Positions 40,449 through 48,690 of a DNA stretch of 64,000 bases are shown here, in pieces (within the stretch, counting starts at the first letter, position 1; each line of letters starts with the position of its first letter). The notes under the pieces are model-generated. The model made no database searches, was not told the DNA's origin, and saw nothing but the letters and a program-made list of their open reading frames with translations. A program made the position numbers and the translations under genes. Location: NCBI GenBank assembly GCA_051883555.1, contig JBJETY010000036.1, positions 3,671 through 67,670 of the forward strand, read 5' to 3'. Source of the stretch: Christensenellales bacterium. GTDB lineage: Bacteria; Bacillota; Clostridia; Christensenellales; CAG-917.

Positions 40449-40930
40449 TAATATTCCTCAACAATCTCGGCAAAGTAAAAATCGTGCATATCGCCGTCCG
40501 CATAGAACGAACCGATTTGAGAAAGGTCACAGTTTCCCATATCGAGTTTTGTTATAACCTTACACTCAAAATATTTTTCGCAGCCGTCGACCACAACGCC
40601 GTCTACGCTCTTTGCCTTCTTACTCATTAAACCTGCCTTTTCCCACTTCGAGCCGTCTTTTCCGCTCAGCTTGCCGCAAATACCTATGGCGTCTTTAAAC
40701 TCGCCCTGCTTTGGTACAGATATAGTAAAGATTTTGGTTTGCTCTATAAGTTCGTGCGAATATCTCGACTTTCTGACAACAGCCAAAAAAACTTTTTTTC
40801 TCCAAAGTACGCCTGTCATACCCCACGAAATTGTCATGACGTTATCTTTTGCACATAAAAAACCACCGGTCGTCAAAAGAGATTCAAGAGGTTTTTCCAT
40901 GTTTTCAAAACTTACCATAATATCCTCCAT
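40448..40930 (-). CDS. Flavin reductase-like (FMN-binding split-barrel) protein
   Basis: 160 aa. Typical MTISWGMTGVLW...VRKSRYSHELI region of flavin reductase-like domain proteins. Confidence 0.8.
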   Translation of the reverse strand: MEDIMVSFENMEKPLESLLTTGGFLCAKDNVMTISWGMTGVLWRKKVFLAVVRKSRYSHELIEQTKIFTISVPKQGEFKDAIGICGKLSGKDGSKWEKAGLMSKKAKSVDGVVVDGCEKYFECKVITKLDMGNCDLSQIGSFYADGDMHDFYFAEIVEEY

Positions 40931-40968
40931 TGCTTGCTTTTAATTTATTAATATGATAACATACTTTC

Positions 40969-41006
40969 GATGGTGTCGGCAACCCATCAATAAAAAAAAC
41001 CGAGGT
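40969..41006 (+). promoter_or_regulatory. preQ1-I riboswitch (translational, SD-sequestering pseudoknot)
   Basis: P1 is GAUGG/CCAUC (40969-40973 and 40984-40988), loop UGUCGGCAAC, A-rich tail AAUAAAAAAAA. Tail CCGA pairs with loop UCGG (P2) and overlaps the GAGG SD. Layout matches Bsu/Tte preQ1-I. Located 6 nt before queT. Confidence 0.8.
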
Positions 41007-41011
41007 AAAAA

Positions 41012-41764
41012 ATGAAAACGAAAAAAGTTTTTATAATCTGCCGTAGCGCGCTTATAGCGGCTTTGTATTTTGTCCTTTCGATAGCCGTTCCGTCAATCAG
41101 TTTCGGAACAATCCAATTCAGAATTTCAGAAGCCCTGACTCTGCTTCCCGTTATTATGCCGGAAGCCATAGTCGGTCTTACAATCGGTTGCTTTTTCGCA
41201 AACATGTTTTTCAGTCCTTTCGGGATAATCGATATGGCTATCGGCACAACCGTAACTTTAATAGCTGCAATTCTCACTTACGTTTTGAGAAAGCATATCG
41301 CCGTATCGGCAATTCCGCCCGTCCTTTTAAACGCTCTGTTCGTTCCTTTAATCTGGATTATCGACGGTACGGATACGCTGTACTATATAAATATGTTTTC
41401 GATATTGATTTCACAAGCTATCATTATATACGCAATAGGACTCCCTCTCACAATTGGTCTTAAAAAAGCATTGCCTGCTATTATGGCAAAAGCGGGAAAA
41501 CGCAAAACGGAGAAAAATGCAAAAAACCGCAACGCGGACAACGCTTTGCCGCTTGACGAAAGTATAAAATCAGATAGCGACGCCGCTGTTTTAAGCGAAG
41601 ACGTTATGCAAGAAACAAACGTGACAAACGATTTTTCGCTAAGCGACGAAAGGATAACCGACGAAGAAAAATCAAGCGAAAAGAACGCCGCTATTTCTTG
41701 CGATAAAAACGAGAGCGGCGTATGCAAAAGCGACGGCAAAGACGAAGAAAAAACAAACGGCTGA
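41012..41764 (+). CDS. queT: Queuosine-precursor transporter QueT (ECF S-component-like) with about 95-aa charged C-terminal tail
   Basis: QueT-like N-terminus (ALYFVLS...IQFRISEALTLLP). Downstream of the preQ1 riboswitch. Confidence 0.88.
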   Translation: MKTKKVFIICRSALIAALYFVLSIAVPSISFGTIQFRISEALTLLPVIMPEAIVGLTIGCFFANMFFSPFGIIDMAIGTTVTLIAAILTYVLRKHIAVSAIPPVLLNALFVPLIWIIDGTDTLYYINMFSILISQAIIIYAIGLPLTIGLKKALPAIMAKAGKRKTEKNAKNRNADNALPLDESIKSDSDAAVLSEDVMQETNVTNDFSLSDERITDEEKSSEKNAAISCDKNESGVCKSDGKDEEKTNG

Positions 41765-41901
41765 ACGTTTATCTACAAGCTTTAAATTCCAAAGTTTATG
41801 AAAATGCGTACGGATAAAAAAATCTGCCTTATATAAAAATCTCAAAAACTCTTTAATCTTTTCCGCTTTTGTGATAAACTTATTAAACCAAGGAAGAAAC
41901 T

Positions 41902-43341
41902 ATGATATGCAAATTTTCTAACGACTATCTGATTGAAAGTTACACGATGGTCGACAACCTGTTTTTGAGCGAATATATGCCGTATGCGGACGAAAAGCAG
42001 ATTAAGGTCTATATGTACGGTCTTTTTTTGTGCAACGTCAAAACGGACGAAAACAGTATCGACCTTATGACCAAAACGCTCGATATGACTTTCGACGAAG
42101 TCGTAAACTGTTTTTCTTTCTGGCAGGATAACGGGCTTGTCGAAATTCTTTCCCGCTCGCCGTTGGAAATTAAATATCTTTCGTTCAAACAAAATCTTAA
42201 ACCGGTGAAGAAGTATAAATCGGAAAAATTCGCCGATTTCAACGTCGGGCTTCAGAAACTCTTCCCTGACAGAATGCTTACGCCGAACGAATACAACGAA
42301 TATTATTATTTCCTTGACAGCAGCCATATGGAGCAGAACGCTCTTTTGATGGTCGTGCAATATTGCATCAATCTTAAAGGAAACACAGTCAGATATCCGT
42401 ATATCCTGACTGTTGCAAAGTCCTGGGTAGCAGACGGTGTCATGACGGTAGACGACGTCGAAAATAAATTGAACGAATACGAAACGCAGACGGAAGATAT
42501 GCGGCTCGTGCTTAAAGCGCTGAACAGAAAAGGCGGTGCCGACCTCGAAGAAAAGCAACTGCTTCAAAAATGGACTAAAAACTGGGGATACGATATAACC
42601 GCTATCGTTTATCTTGCCAAAAGTTTAAAGAGCAAAACTTTCAAAAAACTCGACTCTACCCTTGACGAATATTATCGACTTGCGATTTACACAGAAAGTC
42701 AGATGAAAGATTATCAGGCAAAGAGAGAAAGCCTTATGAATCTGGCAATCAAAATAAACAAAACAATCGGAGTTTTTTACGAATCGCTCGAACACGTCGT
42801 CGAAACCTACACCGTTCCTTGGACTCAGAAAGGATTTGACGAAAATACGTTGCTGAAAATTGCCCACTACTGTTTTATGACGGGGATACGGAATCTCGAA
42901 GGCATGAACGCTATGATAAACAAATTCCACGCTATGGGCATATCGACGGTTGACGGTATTAACGCGTTTATCGCAAAGCACGTTGCAAACGACGAGGCAA
43001 TCAAGGAAATACTCTTAAAAACGGGAGAAATTCGCGGCGTTATCAACAGCGACAGAGAATATTTCAAAACGTGGGAATCGGTCTGGGGCTTTGAACGCGA
43101 CGTAATAAATTATGCGGCGGAACAAGCCGTAGGCAAAACCTATCCTATAAAATATATGAATCAACTTTTGTCCGGCTATAAACAACAAGGTATCGATACC
43201 GTTGAAAAAGCTAAATCGTTTAATCCGTCGCAAACCGTAAAGAAAACGCAAAACGATTATATGCAAAGAGAATACAGCAAAGAAGAGCTTGCTTCTATTT
43301 TCACAAACACCACAAACTTTGACGGAAGTGATATAGAATGA
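41902..43341 (+). CDS. DnaD-domain replication initiation/helicase-loading protein (B. subtilis DnaB-like)
   Basis: 479 aa with repeated DnaD-like domains. Overlaps dnaI (ATGA), as in dnaB-dnaI operons. Confidence 0.8.
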   Translation: MICKFSNDYLIESYTMVDNLFLSEYMPYADEKQIKVYMYGLFLCNVKTDENSIDLMTKTLDMTFDEVVNCFSFWQDNGLVEILSRSPLEIKYLSFKQNLKPVKKYKSEKFADFNVGLQKLFPDRMLTPNEYNEYYYFLDSSHMEQNALLMVVQYCINLKGNTVRYPYILTVAKSWVADGVMTVDDVENKLNEYETQTEDMRLVLKALNRKGGADLEEKQLLQKWTKNWGYDITAIVYLAKSLKSKTFKKLDSTLDEYYRLAIYTESQMKDYQAKRESLMNLAIKINKTIGVFYESLEHVVETYTVPWTQKGFDENTLLKIAHYCFMTGIRNLEGMNAMINKFHAMGISTVDGINAFIAKHVANDEAIKEILLKTGEIRGVINSDREYFKTWESVWGFERDVINYAAEQAVGKTYPIKYMNQLLSGYKQQGIDTVEKAKSFNPSQTVKKTQNDYMQREYSKEELASIFTNTTNFDGSDIE

Positions 43342-44273
43342 GAAAGGATATTTTAAAAAAAGCAACCGATAAGGTAAAAGCCAATCATATTCAGGCTTTA
43401 AAAAACGCCGACCTTGCATGGGAAAAAGCTTTGGCGATTCCCGAAATAGCGCAAAAGTACGACGCTTTCAAAACCTTGGAATACGATAAAATCAAAGCGG
43501 AAACCTTCGGCATAAAGTCAAACATCGACAAGGAAATAGATTCGGCGAAAAACGCCTATTTAAAGGCTCTTGACGAACACGGCTTTTCTGAAAGTAACTT
43601 TGACGTTAAATACAACTGCTCTAAATGCCGTGACAGCGGAGTTTACGACGACAAACCTTGCGATTGCGTTATTAAACTTTATTATAGCCTTTTGAACGAA
43701 TCGGTATCCAAAAGCGGTTCAAACCGCCACACGGTAAGCGATTTTATCGTAAACGGCGAGGCCGATAAAAAGCATCTTGACTTTGTAAATACCGTCATAG
43801 ACAAATTTCCTACAAAAAAGACTCTGAATTTTATCTTTAGCGGCTATACCGGCGTAGGTAAAACTTTTATGGCAAGTTGCATAGCAAACGGAGTGTCGGA
43901 AAAAGGATACGGCACAGTCTTTCTTTCCGCCTTCGAAATCACTCAAAGATGCCTTAAATATCATACGTCGTCGCTATCAGAGCGTGAAGGCATGCTCGAC
44001 GATATTTTAGAATGCGATCTGCTTGTTATCGATGATCTCGGTACGGAAGCAATGCTTAAAAACGTTACCGTCGAATATTTATTGCTGATAATTTCAGAAA
44101 GAATAGCGCACTCAAAACATACGATAATCACCACCAACCTTTCAAAAGAGCAAATCGGTGAAAGATACGGCGAAAGGTTTTTCAGCAGACTGTTTTCAGA
44201 ACAATATGCAAGTTTAAAAACTATTGGCGGTGAAGATAAACGCCTTAAAAAATCAAATGCAAAGGCTAATTAA
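43338..44273 (+). CDS. dnaI: Primosomal helicase loader DnaI (AAA+, IstB-like ATPase)
   Basis: N-terminal zinc motif CSKCRDSG...CDC, Walker A GYTGVGKT, Walker B LLVIDDLG. Confidence 0.88.
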   Translation: MRKDILKKATDKVKANHIQALKNADLAWEKALAIPEIAQKYDAFKTLEYDKIKAETFGIKSNIDKEIDSAKNAYLKALDEHGFSESNFDVKYNCSKCRDSGVYDDKPCDCVIKLYYSLLNESVSKSGSNRHTVSDFIVNGEADKKHLDFVNTVIDKFPTKKTLNFIFSGYTGVGKTFMASCIANGVSEKGYGTVFLSAFEITQRCLKYHTSSLSEREGMLDDILECDLLVIDDLGTEAMLKNVTVEYLLLIISERIAHSKHTIITTNLSKEQIGERYGERFFSRLFSEQYASLKTIGGEDKRLKKSNAKAN

Positions 44274-44462
44274 AAAATAGATTTTTATGCAACAAAATTT
44301 ATATTGCAAATAAAATGTTTTTATAAATAAAATATTGTGAATAAAAAATATTGTTAATAGCAAATAAAAATATTGCAAATAGTAAATAGAAATATTGTTA
44401 ATAGAAATTATTTAAATAAGATTTAAATAAAATTTAAGATTTAAATAAAATTTATTTAAACA

Positions 44463-44490
44463 AAAAACGGCGTTAAAACGCCGTTTTTTT
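44463..44490. terminator. Bidirectional intrinsic terminator (dnaI / transketolase)
   Basis: AAAAAACGGCGTTAAAACGCCGTTTTTTTT. Confidence 0.9.
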
Positions 44491-44522
44491 TATTGAAATA
44501 ATAGCAATAAATTTAACAACAA

Positions 44523-45452
44523 TTATTTGTTTTTTATCATTTCCTTAACTTTCAAAACGATATCTTCAGCTCTCATTTTGTAGATTTCTTTCAGATACGG
44601 CATCTTGCCGACTTCACCGAAACAATTCGGAACACCGATGGCGTCCATCTTTGTCGGATGATTTTTTGAAAGAACTTCGCTTACCGCGCTGAAAAGTCCG
44701 CCCGTAATTTCGTGGTTTTCACACGTAAGCACAAGACCTGTTTTTTTAGCGCTATTTACGATTGTTTCGGCATCGATTGGCTTTATCGTATGAACGTTTA
44801 TAATCTCTGCCGATATTCCTTCGCTTTTTAAAATTTCGTTGGCTTTCATGGTTTCCTGCACCATGATGCCGCTGCAACAGATTGTAATATCCTTTCCTTC
44901 CTGAATGACGTCGGCTTTGAAAAGGTCGAATTTATAATCCTTTTCATCGAACACCTTTTCAAGCGTTTTTCTGAAAAGACGAATATACATTGTGCCGTCG
45001 TATGCGATTATCGCAGGCATAGCGGCTTTGAGTTGCACTTCGTCAACCGGTTCGAATATTACGATATCCGCAACGGAACGAAGAGTTCCGATATCGTCCA
45101 TACCCATATGAGTGCCGCCGTTTATTTCCGCGCTGATGCCGGGGTCCGTTCCGACTATTTTTACGTTTTGTTTAGAATAAAGACAAGATAAAGTAATCTG
45201 GTCGCACACGCGCCTTGTAGCAAACGGAGCAAAGGAAGAAACGAACGGTTTAAAACCGTAACTGCTAAGTCCCGCCGCAATGGAAATCATATTCTGCTCG
45301 GCAATTCCTACGTTAAAAGACCGCTCCGGAAATGCCTTATGGATAGGCGCAGATTTTATACAGTTGGCAAGGTCGGCGTCTAAAACTACGATTTTATCGT
45401 CGTTTTTCATAGCCTCTAAAAGTGCGCCGATAAAGACTTCACGCATTTCCAT
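44523..45452 (-). CDS. tkt: Transketolase, C-terminal (pyrimidine-binding) subunit
   Basis: 309-aa split-transketolase subunit B, overlapping subunit A by 1 nt. Confidence 0.92.
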   Translation of the reverse strand: MEMREVFIGALLEAMKNDDKIVVLDADLANCIKSAPIHKAFPERSFNVGIAEQNMISIAAGLSSYGFKPFVSSFAPFATRRVCDQITLSCLYSKQNVKIVGTDPGISAEINGGTHMGMDDIGTLRSVADIVIFEPVDEVQLKAAMPAIIAYDGTMYIRLFRKTLEKVFDEKDYKFDLFKADVIQEGKDITICCSGIMVQETMKANEILKSEGISAEIINVHTIKPIDAETIVNSAKKTGLVLTCENHEITGGLFSAVSEVLSKNHPTKMDAIGVPNCFGEVGKMPYLKEIYKMRAEDIVLKVKEMIKNK

Positions 45453-46297
45453 TATTTAGCCCTCCTTATCTCTTCGATAGCCGCATTAACGGCTTCTTCG
45501 TTCAACGAAAGGCTGTGACACGCATAACCCTTTTCTTCTATACTCTTTACGCCCTTTCCTTTTACGGTTTTTGCAATAATCATCGTAGGTCTGTCCTGAC
45601 TCTTTGCGTTTTTAATCGCTTCGTCGATTTGCGTTAAATCGTGGCCGTCGATAACAATCGTATTCCAGTTGAAACTTTCCCATTTCTTGTCCAAAGGTTC
45701 CAATGAATTTATATCGTCGGTGTTTCCGTCGATTTGCATTCCGTTGTAATCGGTAAAAGCAATGAGATTGCTAAGTTTTGCCTGAGCTGCATACATAGCG
45801 GCTTCCCAGACTTGTCCTTCCTGACTTTCGCCGTCGCCGATAATAGCGTAAATCGTTGCGCCGTCGTTTTTAAGACGACTTCCCAAAGCAACGCCTACCG
45901 CGCATGAGAAACCTTGACCAAGACTTCCCGTAGTCATATCTACGCCGGGAGTTTTATTCATATCACAATGGCTTGGAAGAAGCGTGCCCGATTTATTGAG
46001 CGTCAAAAGCAAATCTTTGCTGAAATAACCGCGATTGGCAAGGGTCGCATATACGGCAGGTCCCGCATGACCTTTTGAAACGACAAGTCTGTCCCTGCCT
46101 TCCATTTTCGGATTAGACGGGTCGACGTTCATATGCTTAAAATACAAACTCGCTAAAATTTCTACAATCGACAAACTTCCGCCGATATGTCCGACGCCGA
46201 TTGAGCCGATACATTTGAGCGTGTCTATGCGAATTTCTTTGCATATCTCTTGTAAATTCATAGTATACCTCTTTAGTTGTTTTAAGTCTATCACCAC
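45452..46297 (-). CDS. tkt: Transketolase, N-terminal (TPP-binding) subunit
   Basis: GHIGGSLS and GDGESQEG motifs. 281 aa. Confidence 0.92.
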   Translation of the reverse strand: MVIDLKQLKRYTMNLQEICKEIRIDTLKCIGSIGVGHIGGSLSIVEILASLYFKHMNVDPSNPKMEGRDRLVVSKGHAGPAVYATLANRGYFSKDLLLTLNKSGTLLPSHCDMNKTPGVDMTTGSLGQGFSCAVGVALGSRLKNDGATIYAIIGDGESQEGQVWEAAMYAAQAKLSNLIAFTDYNGMQIDGNTDDINSLEPLDKKWESFNWNTIVIDGHDLTQIDEAIKNAKSQDRPTMIIAKTVKGKGVKSIEEKGYACHSLSLNEEAVNAAIEEIRRAK

Positions 46298-46313
46298 TAA
46301 AAATCTTTGTCAA
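46285..46313 (-). promoter_or_regulatory. Putative extended -10 promoter of the transketolase operon
   Basis: Minus strand reads TTGACA (46313-46308), 17 nt, TGaTAGACT (-10 at 46290-46285). Confidence 0.45.
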
Positions 46314-46416
46314 CGAAATGACCTTTTATAAGCTAAAATTAAAAAATAAAACAAAGCGGAAATAATAAAAACAATCCGATTAAGAGCAGTTCCCATAGAG
46401 AATGTAGACTTATGAT

Positions 46417-46451
46417 AAAAAAATCTCGGTTATCTTATCCGAGATTTTTTT
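46417..46451 (-). terminator. Intrinsic terminator after the 73-aa/165-aa cassette
   Basis: ATCTCGG-ttatcttat-CCGAGAT flanked by A7 and T7 runs. Confidence 0.8.
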
Positions 46452-46501
46452 ATTTTCAATTCACTTACATAATTTTTTCTTGGTATACATAATGACACCT
46501 A

Positions 46502-46999
46502 TTATTTATGCAATGTGCTAAACATAATAGCTGTGGATGCAGCGACTGATGCGCTATGTTGTATTGCGTTGACAAGCTCCATATTTCTTATATTTTCTAA
46601 TTTCTGCTTGTAAAATTCTTTCTCGTCATTGCTCATATCATCACATTTCAAATAATTTAAATATAAGTTTTTAATTTGCGGCAAAAAATTCCTTGGTCCT
46701 TTTTTTATGGCTCTACGCCCACCCAGGTTCATCAAAAGTATAAAAAAAACACCTAACCCAAGCGAGCCTATACCATATACTTTTTCAAATAGCGCACCTA
46801 TAGGTTCCCTTTCATATCCCGAAAAGGTGATTTCAGGCGGGGTGGTAAAACCAATAATCATCAAAATAAGACCAACTACAATTAAAAGCGAGCCAATAAT
46901 ATTCCAAATTAAAATTGCTTTTTTTGCCTTCATTATATGTTGTTCTCGACAATTTTCCACTTCATGATAATATTGATTTTCGGCTTCTTTAATCGTCAT
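46502..46999 (-). CDS. Hypothetical two-TM membrane protein (165 aa)
   Basis: Strong SD GGGAGGA lies 8 nt upstream. Two hydrophobic helices (ILIWNIIGSLLIVVGLILMIIGF and IGSLGLGVFFILLMNL). The start overlaps the upstream ORF by 11 nt. Base composition is visibly AT-richer and CG-poorer than the neighbouring genes. Confidence 0.65.
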   Translation of the reverse strand: MTIKEAENQYYHEVENCREQHIMKAKKAILIWNIIGSLLIVVGLILMIIGFTTPPEITFSGYEREPIGALFEKVYGIGSLGLGVFFILLMNLGGRRAIKKGPRNFLPQIKNLYLNYLKCDDMSNDEKEFYKQKLENIRNMELVNAIQHSASVAASTAIMFSTLHK

Positions 47000-47210
47000 T
47001 GTTTATATCCTCCCAATCTTTCTTTGTCTGTCTTTTTTTGATTGCTTTTGTGAATTTACTAAAAGAATGTTCTTTTGTAGATTTCAAAATACCTTTCTTA
47101 TTTGATGTCTTAAATCCCGTTGATGTCTCTTTGTCGCAAATCTCCATATACTCGCTTAAATGTATCAGAGCGTAGGCAATATCGTCAGTACTGATTTTTT
47201 CATGTTTCAT
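46989..47210 (-). CDS. Hypothetical small basic protein (73 aa)
   Basis: AGAGG SD 8 nt upstream. Translationally coupled to the 165-aa gene. No family recognised. Confidence 0.55.
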   Translation of the reverse strand: MKHEKISTDDIAYALIHLSEYMEICDKETSTGFKTSNKKGILKSTKEHSFSKFTKAIKKRQTKKDWEDINNDD

Positions 47211-47434
47211 TTATTTTTACCTCTGTAAAATAAAAAGTGCGCCTACCGAAGTAAACGCACAAAAAACGCAAACTCCGATAGTCGCCAAACCAACTGAAAA
47301 GCAAGAACAAATCTACGCTATATCCAGTACGAATTTGCATTTTTATCAAATTCATTATGGACATAACGCAAAAAGAATATAATTACCTCAAAAGATAAAA
47401 ATAGTCCTTGCCTAATTTATTCAGTTGGTTTGGC
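47211..47434 (-). ncRNA. Unclassified structured 5' leader (riboswitch/attenuator-like) of the 73-aa/165-aa cassette
   Basis: The predicted TSS G47434 starts a 15-nt arm (47434-47420) that is perfectly complementary to 47298-47284 and encloses 121 nt. A UUCG-capped terminator (47260-47237), a U tract, the SD and the ATG follow. Confidence 0.5.
47231..47260 (-). terminator. Leader terminator/attenuator hairpin with UUCG tetraloop
   Basis: Minus strand reads GUGCGUUUAC-UUCG-GUAGGCGCAC (10 bp including two G-U pairs), followed by UUUUUAUUUU. It lies 26 nt before the ATG at 47210. Confidence 0.7.
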
Positions 47435-47440
47435 ATAATT

Positions 47441-47469
47441 ATTATATCACATATAAAATATTTTATCAA
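47441..47469 (-). promoter_or_regulatory. Extended -10 sigma-A promoter of the leader
   Basis: Minus strand reads TTGATA (47469-47464), 17 nt, TGaTATAAT (-10 at 47446-47441). Confidence 0.6.
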
Positions 47470-47492
47470 GTAGTTTTTAGTGGACAAAAGAA

Positions 47493-47517
47493 AACTCGAC
47501 TTAAAAAAAGTCGAGTT
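47493..47517 (-). terminator. Intrinsic terminator ending the yxjI-like transcript
   Basis: AACTCGAC-ttaaaaaaa-GTCGAGTT, followed on the minus strand by TTTCTTTTG. Confidence 0.6.
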
Positions 47518-47544
47518 GTAATTAAAGTGATATTGTTTGAATTG

Positions 47545-47720
47545 TAAACAGTTATATTTTTAGAGTAGTCTAAAAGTTATATTTTGACTTGCAGTCAAAG
47601 TTATATTAAATAAATCCTTAACTTGCCGATAGGCAATATAACTTGCGAAAGCAAATGTCAAAATCCGTTTACGGATTTATTTAGTTGCCGAATCCCTTGT
47701 AGGGACTCGGTTAAGTTGGA
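47545..47720. repeat. Array of six short hairpins interleaved with a phased 9-mer (AGTTATATT x3 direct, x1 inverted)
   Basis: The 9-mer occurs at 47550, 47575 and 47599, with an inverted copy at 47635. The hairpins are tttaga/tctaaa, ttgact/agtcaa, ttgcc-gata-ggcaa, ttgc-gaaa-gcaa, aaatccg-ttta-cggattt and ccgaatccc-ttgta-gggactcgg. Confidence 0.7.
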
Positions 47721-47787
47721 TTGTTTTTGTCGTTTGATTTAGCGTTCGCAAAAAAATGCTGTCCTAGCCGTATCGAAACGCTTATTA

Positions 47788-48321
47788 TTAATGGCTTTGA
47801 TGATGCAACGTATCGATCAACAAACCGATTATAAGAAGATAATGTTTCGGAACGGATTCGTTAAGAATCTCCACTTTATACGTATCTGCGATTTTGAAAA
47901 CCTTTTTATTGACTTTTGCTATAAGTCTTTCCTCTTTAGGAAGCGACTTGTCCTTAATCTTCCAATTGAATCCGATAAAGCTGCCGGTTATTCTGAGTTT
48001 ATGCTCGACTCCGTTTTCGTCGACGTATTCAAGATAGCCTCTGCGCCTTAAAGGCATATGGAAACCTTCTTTGAATCTGGCAATCGGATTGCTCGCTTTG
48101 TTCTCTGCGATATATCCTTCTGCTATGTCGAATTTAGCAAAAATAAAGGATATTCTCGATACTACCGTAAGAATAGGATTGCCTTGCGGGTCGGAAATTA
48201 TGAATTTCTTATGGAAAAACGTCCATTCGCTTCTTACTAAATATTGAACGGTATCATGCTCGTCTAAAATAGAATAATTTTCGAGGACTGACCAAAATTT
48301 TTGTTTGATATAAAGTTCCAT
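47788..48321 (-). CDS. LURP-one-related / YxjI-like (tubby C-terminal-like fold) protein
   Basis: 177 aa. The N-terminus LYIKQKFWSVLENYSILDE and overall pattern match the YxjI/DUF567 family. Confidence 0.75.
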   Translation of the reverse strand: MELYIKQKFWSVLENYSILDEHDTVQYLVRSEWTFFHKKFIISDPQGNPILTVVSRISFIFAKFDIAEGYIAENKASNPIARFKEGFHMPLRRRGYLEYVDENGVEHKLRITGSFIGFNWKIKDKSLPKEERLIAKVNKKVFKIADTYKVEILNESVPKHYLLIIGLLIDTLHHQSH

Positions 48322-48591
48322 TTTCTCTCCTCCTGAAAACTTATATATTCAGTATATCATAGCGCTAGCGATTATTCAATACGCAACGCAAAAAAAAAAT
48401 AAAAATTATTAAATAATATAAATAGATTAAGTGATTAAATTATATTAAGCGATTGAAACTTATAAATGCGTTAAACAATATGCGATTAAACAAATTATAA
48501 ATGCTTTAAGCAATAACAAACGATTAAACAAATTATAAATGCGTTAAATATTAAGCAATTAAACTAAAACATTAAATGAAAACCGTTGAAT

Positions 48592-48625
48592 AAAAAAATC
48601 ACGCTCTTTACGGCGTGATTTTTAT
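48592..48625 (-). terminator. Intrinsic terminator after the folate operon
   Basis: ATCACGC-tctttacg-GCGTGAT with flanking A and T runs. Confidence 0.75.
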
Positions 48626-48690
48626 TTAGCATAGTATTAACCAACCTTAGCGTATTGAAAATTTTAACAACCGTCAAAGCGACTGCCGTT

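Noticed and set aside
41842-42567. A 241-aa ORF antisense to the dnaD-like gene. Similar long antisense ORFs occur at 52758-53312, 6140-6667, 43015-43419, 33536-33937 and 20473-20814.
   Set aside because: Each lies fully inside a well-supported gene on the opposite strand. They have arginine/phenylalanine-rich, low-complexity translations typical of antisense frames and lack SDs, so they are treated as codon-bias artefacts.
47200-47364. A 54-codon ORF on the minus strand runs through the leader, its terminator and the first codons of the 73-aa gene.
   Set aside because: There is no SD within range of its ATG (the nearest GAGG is 21 nt upstream), and it is out of frame with the downstream gene. 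It is kept only as an alternative attenuation hypothesis and is not called as a CDS.
47284-47434. The 15-bp perfect inverted repeats flanking 121 bp could be an invertible promoter switch (inverton) or a MITE.
   Set aside because: The best promoter lies outside the repeats, with its predicted +1 exactly at the first repeat base. No convincing promoter lies inside in either orientation. No recombinase gene is nearby and no target-site duplication is visible. An RNA closing helix is the more economical reading. DNA inversion remains testable and is listed as a refutation route.
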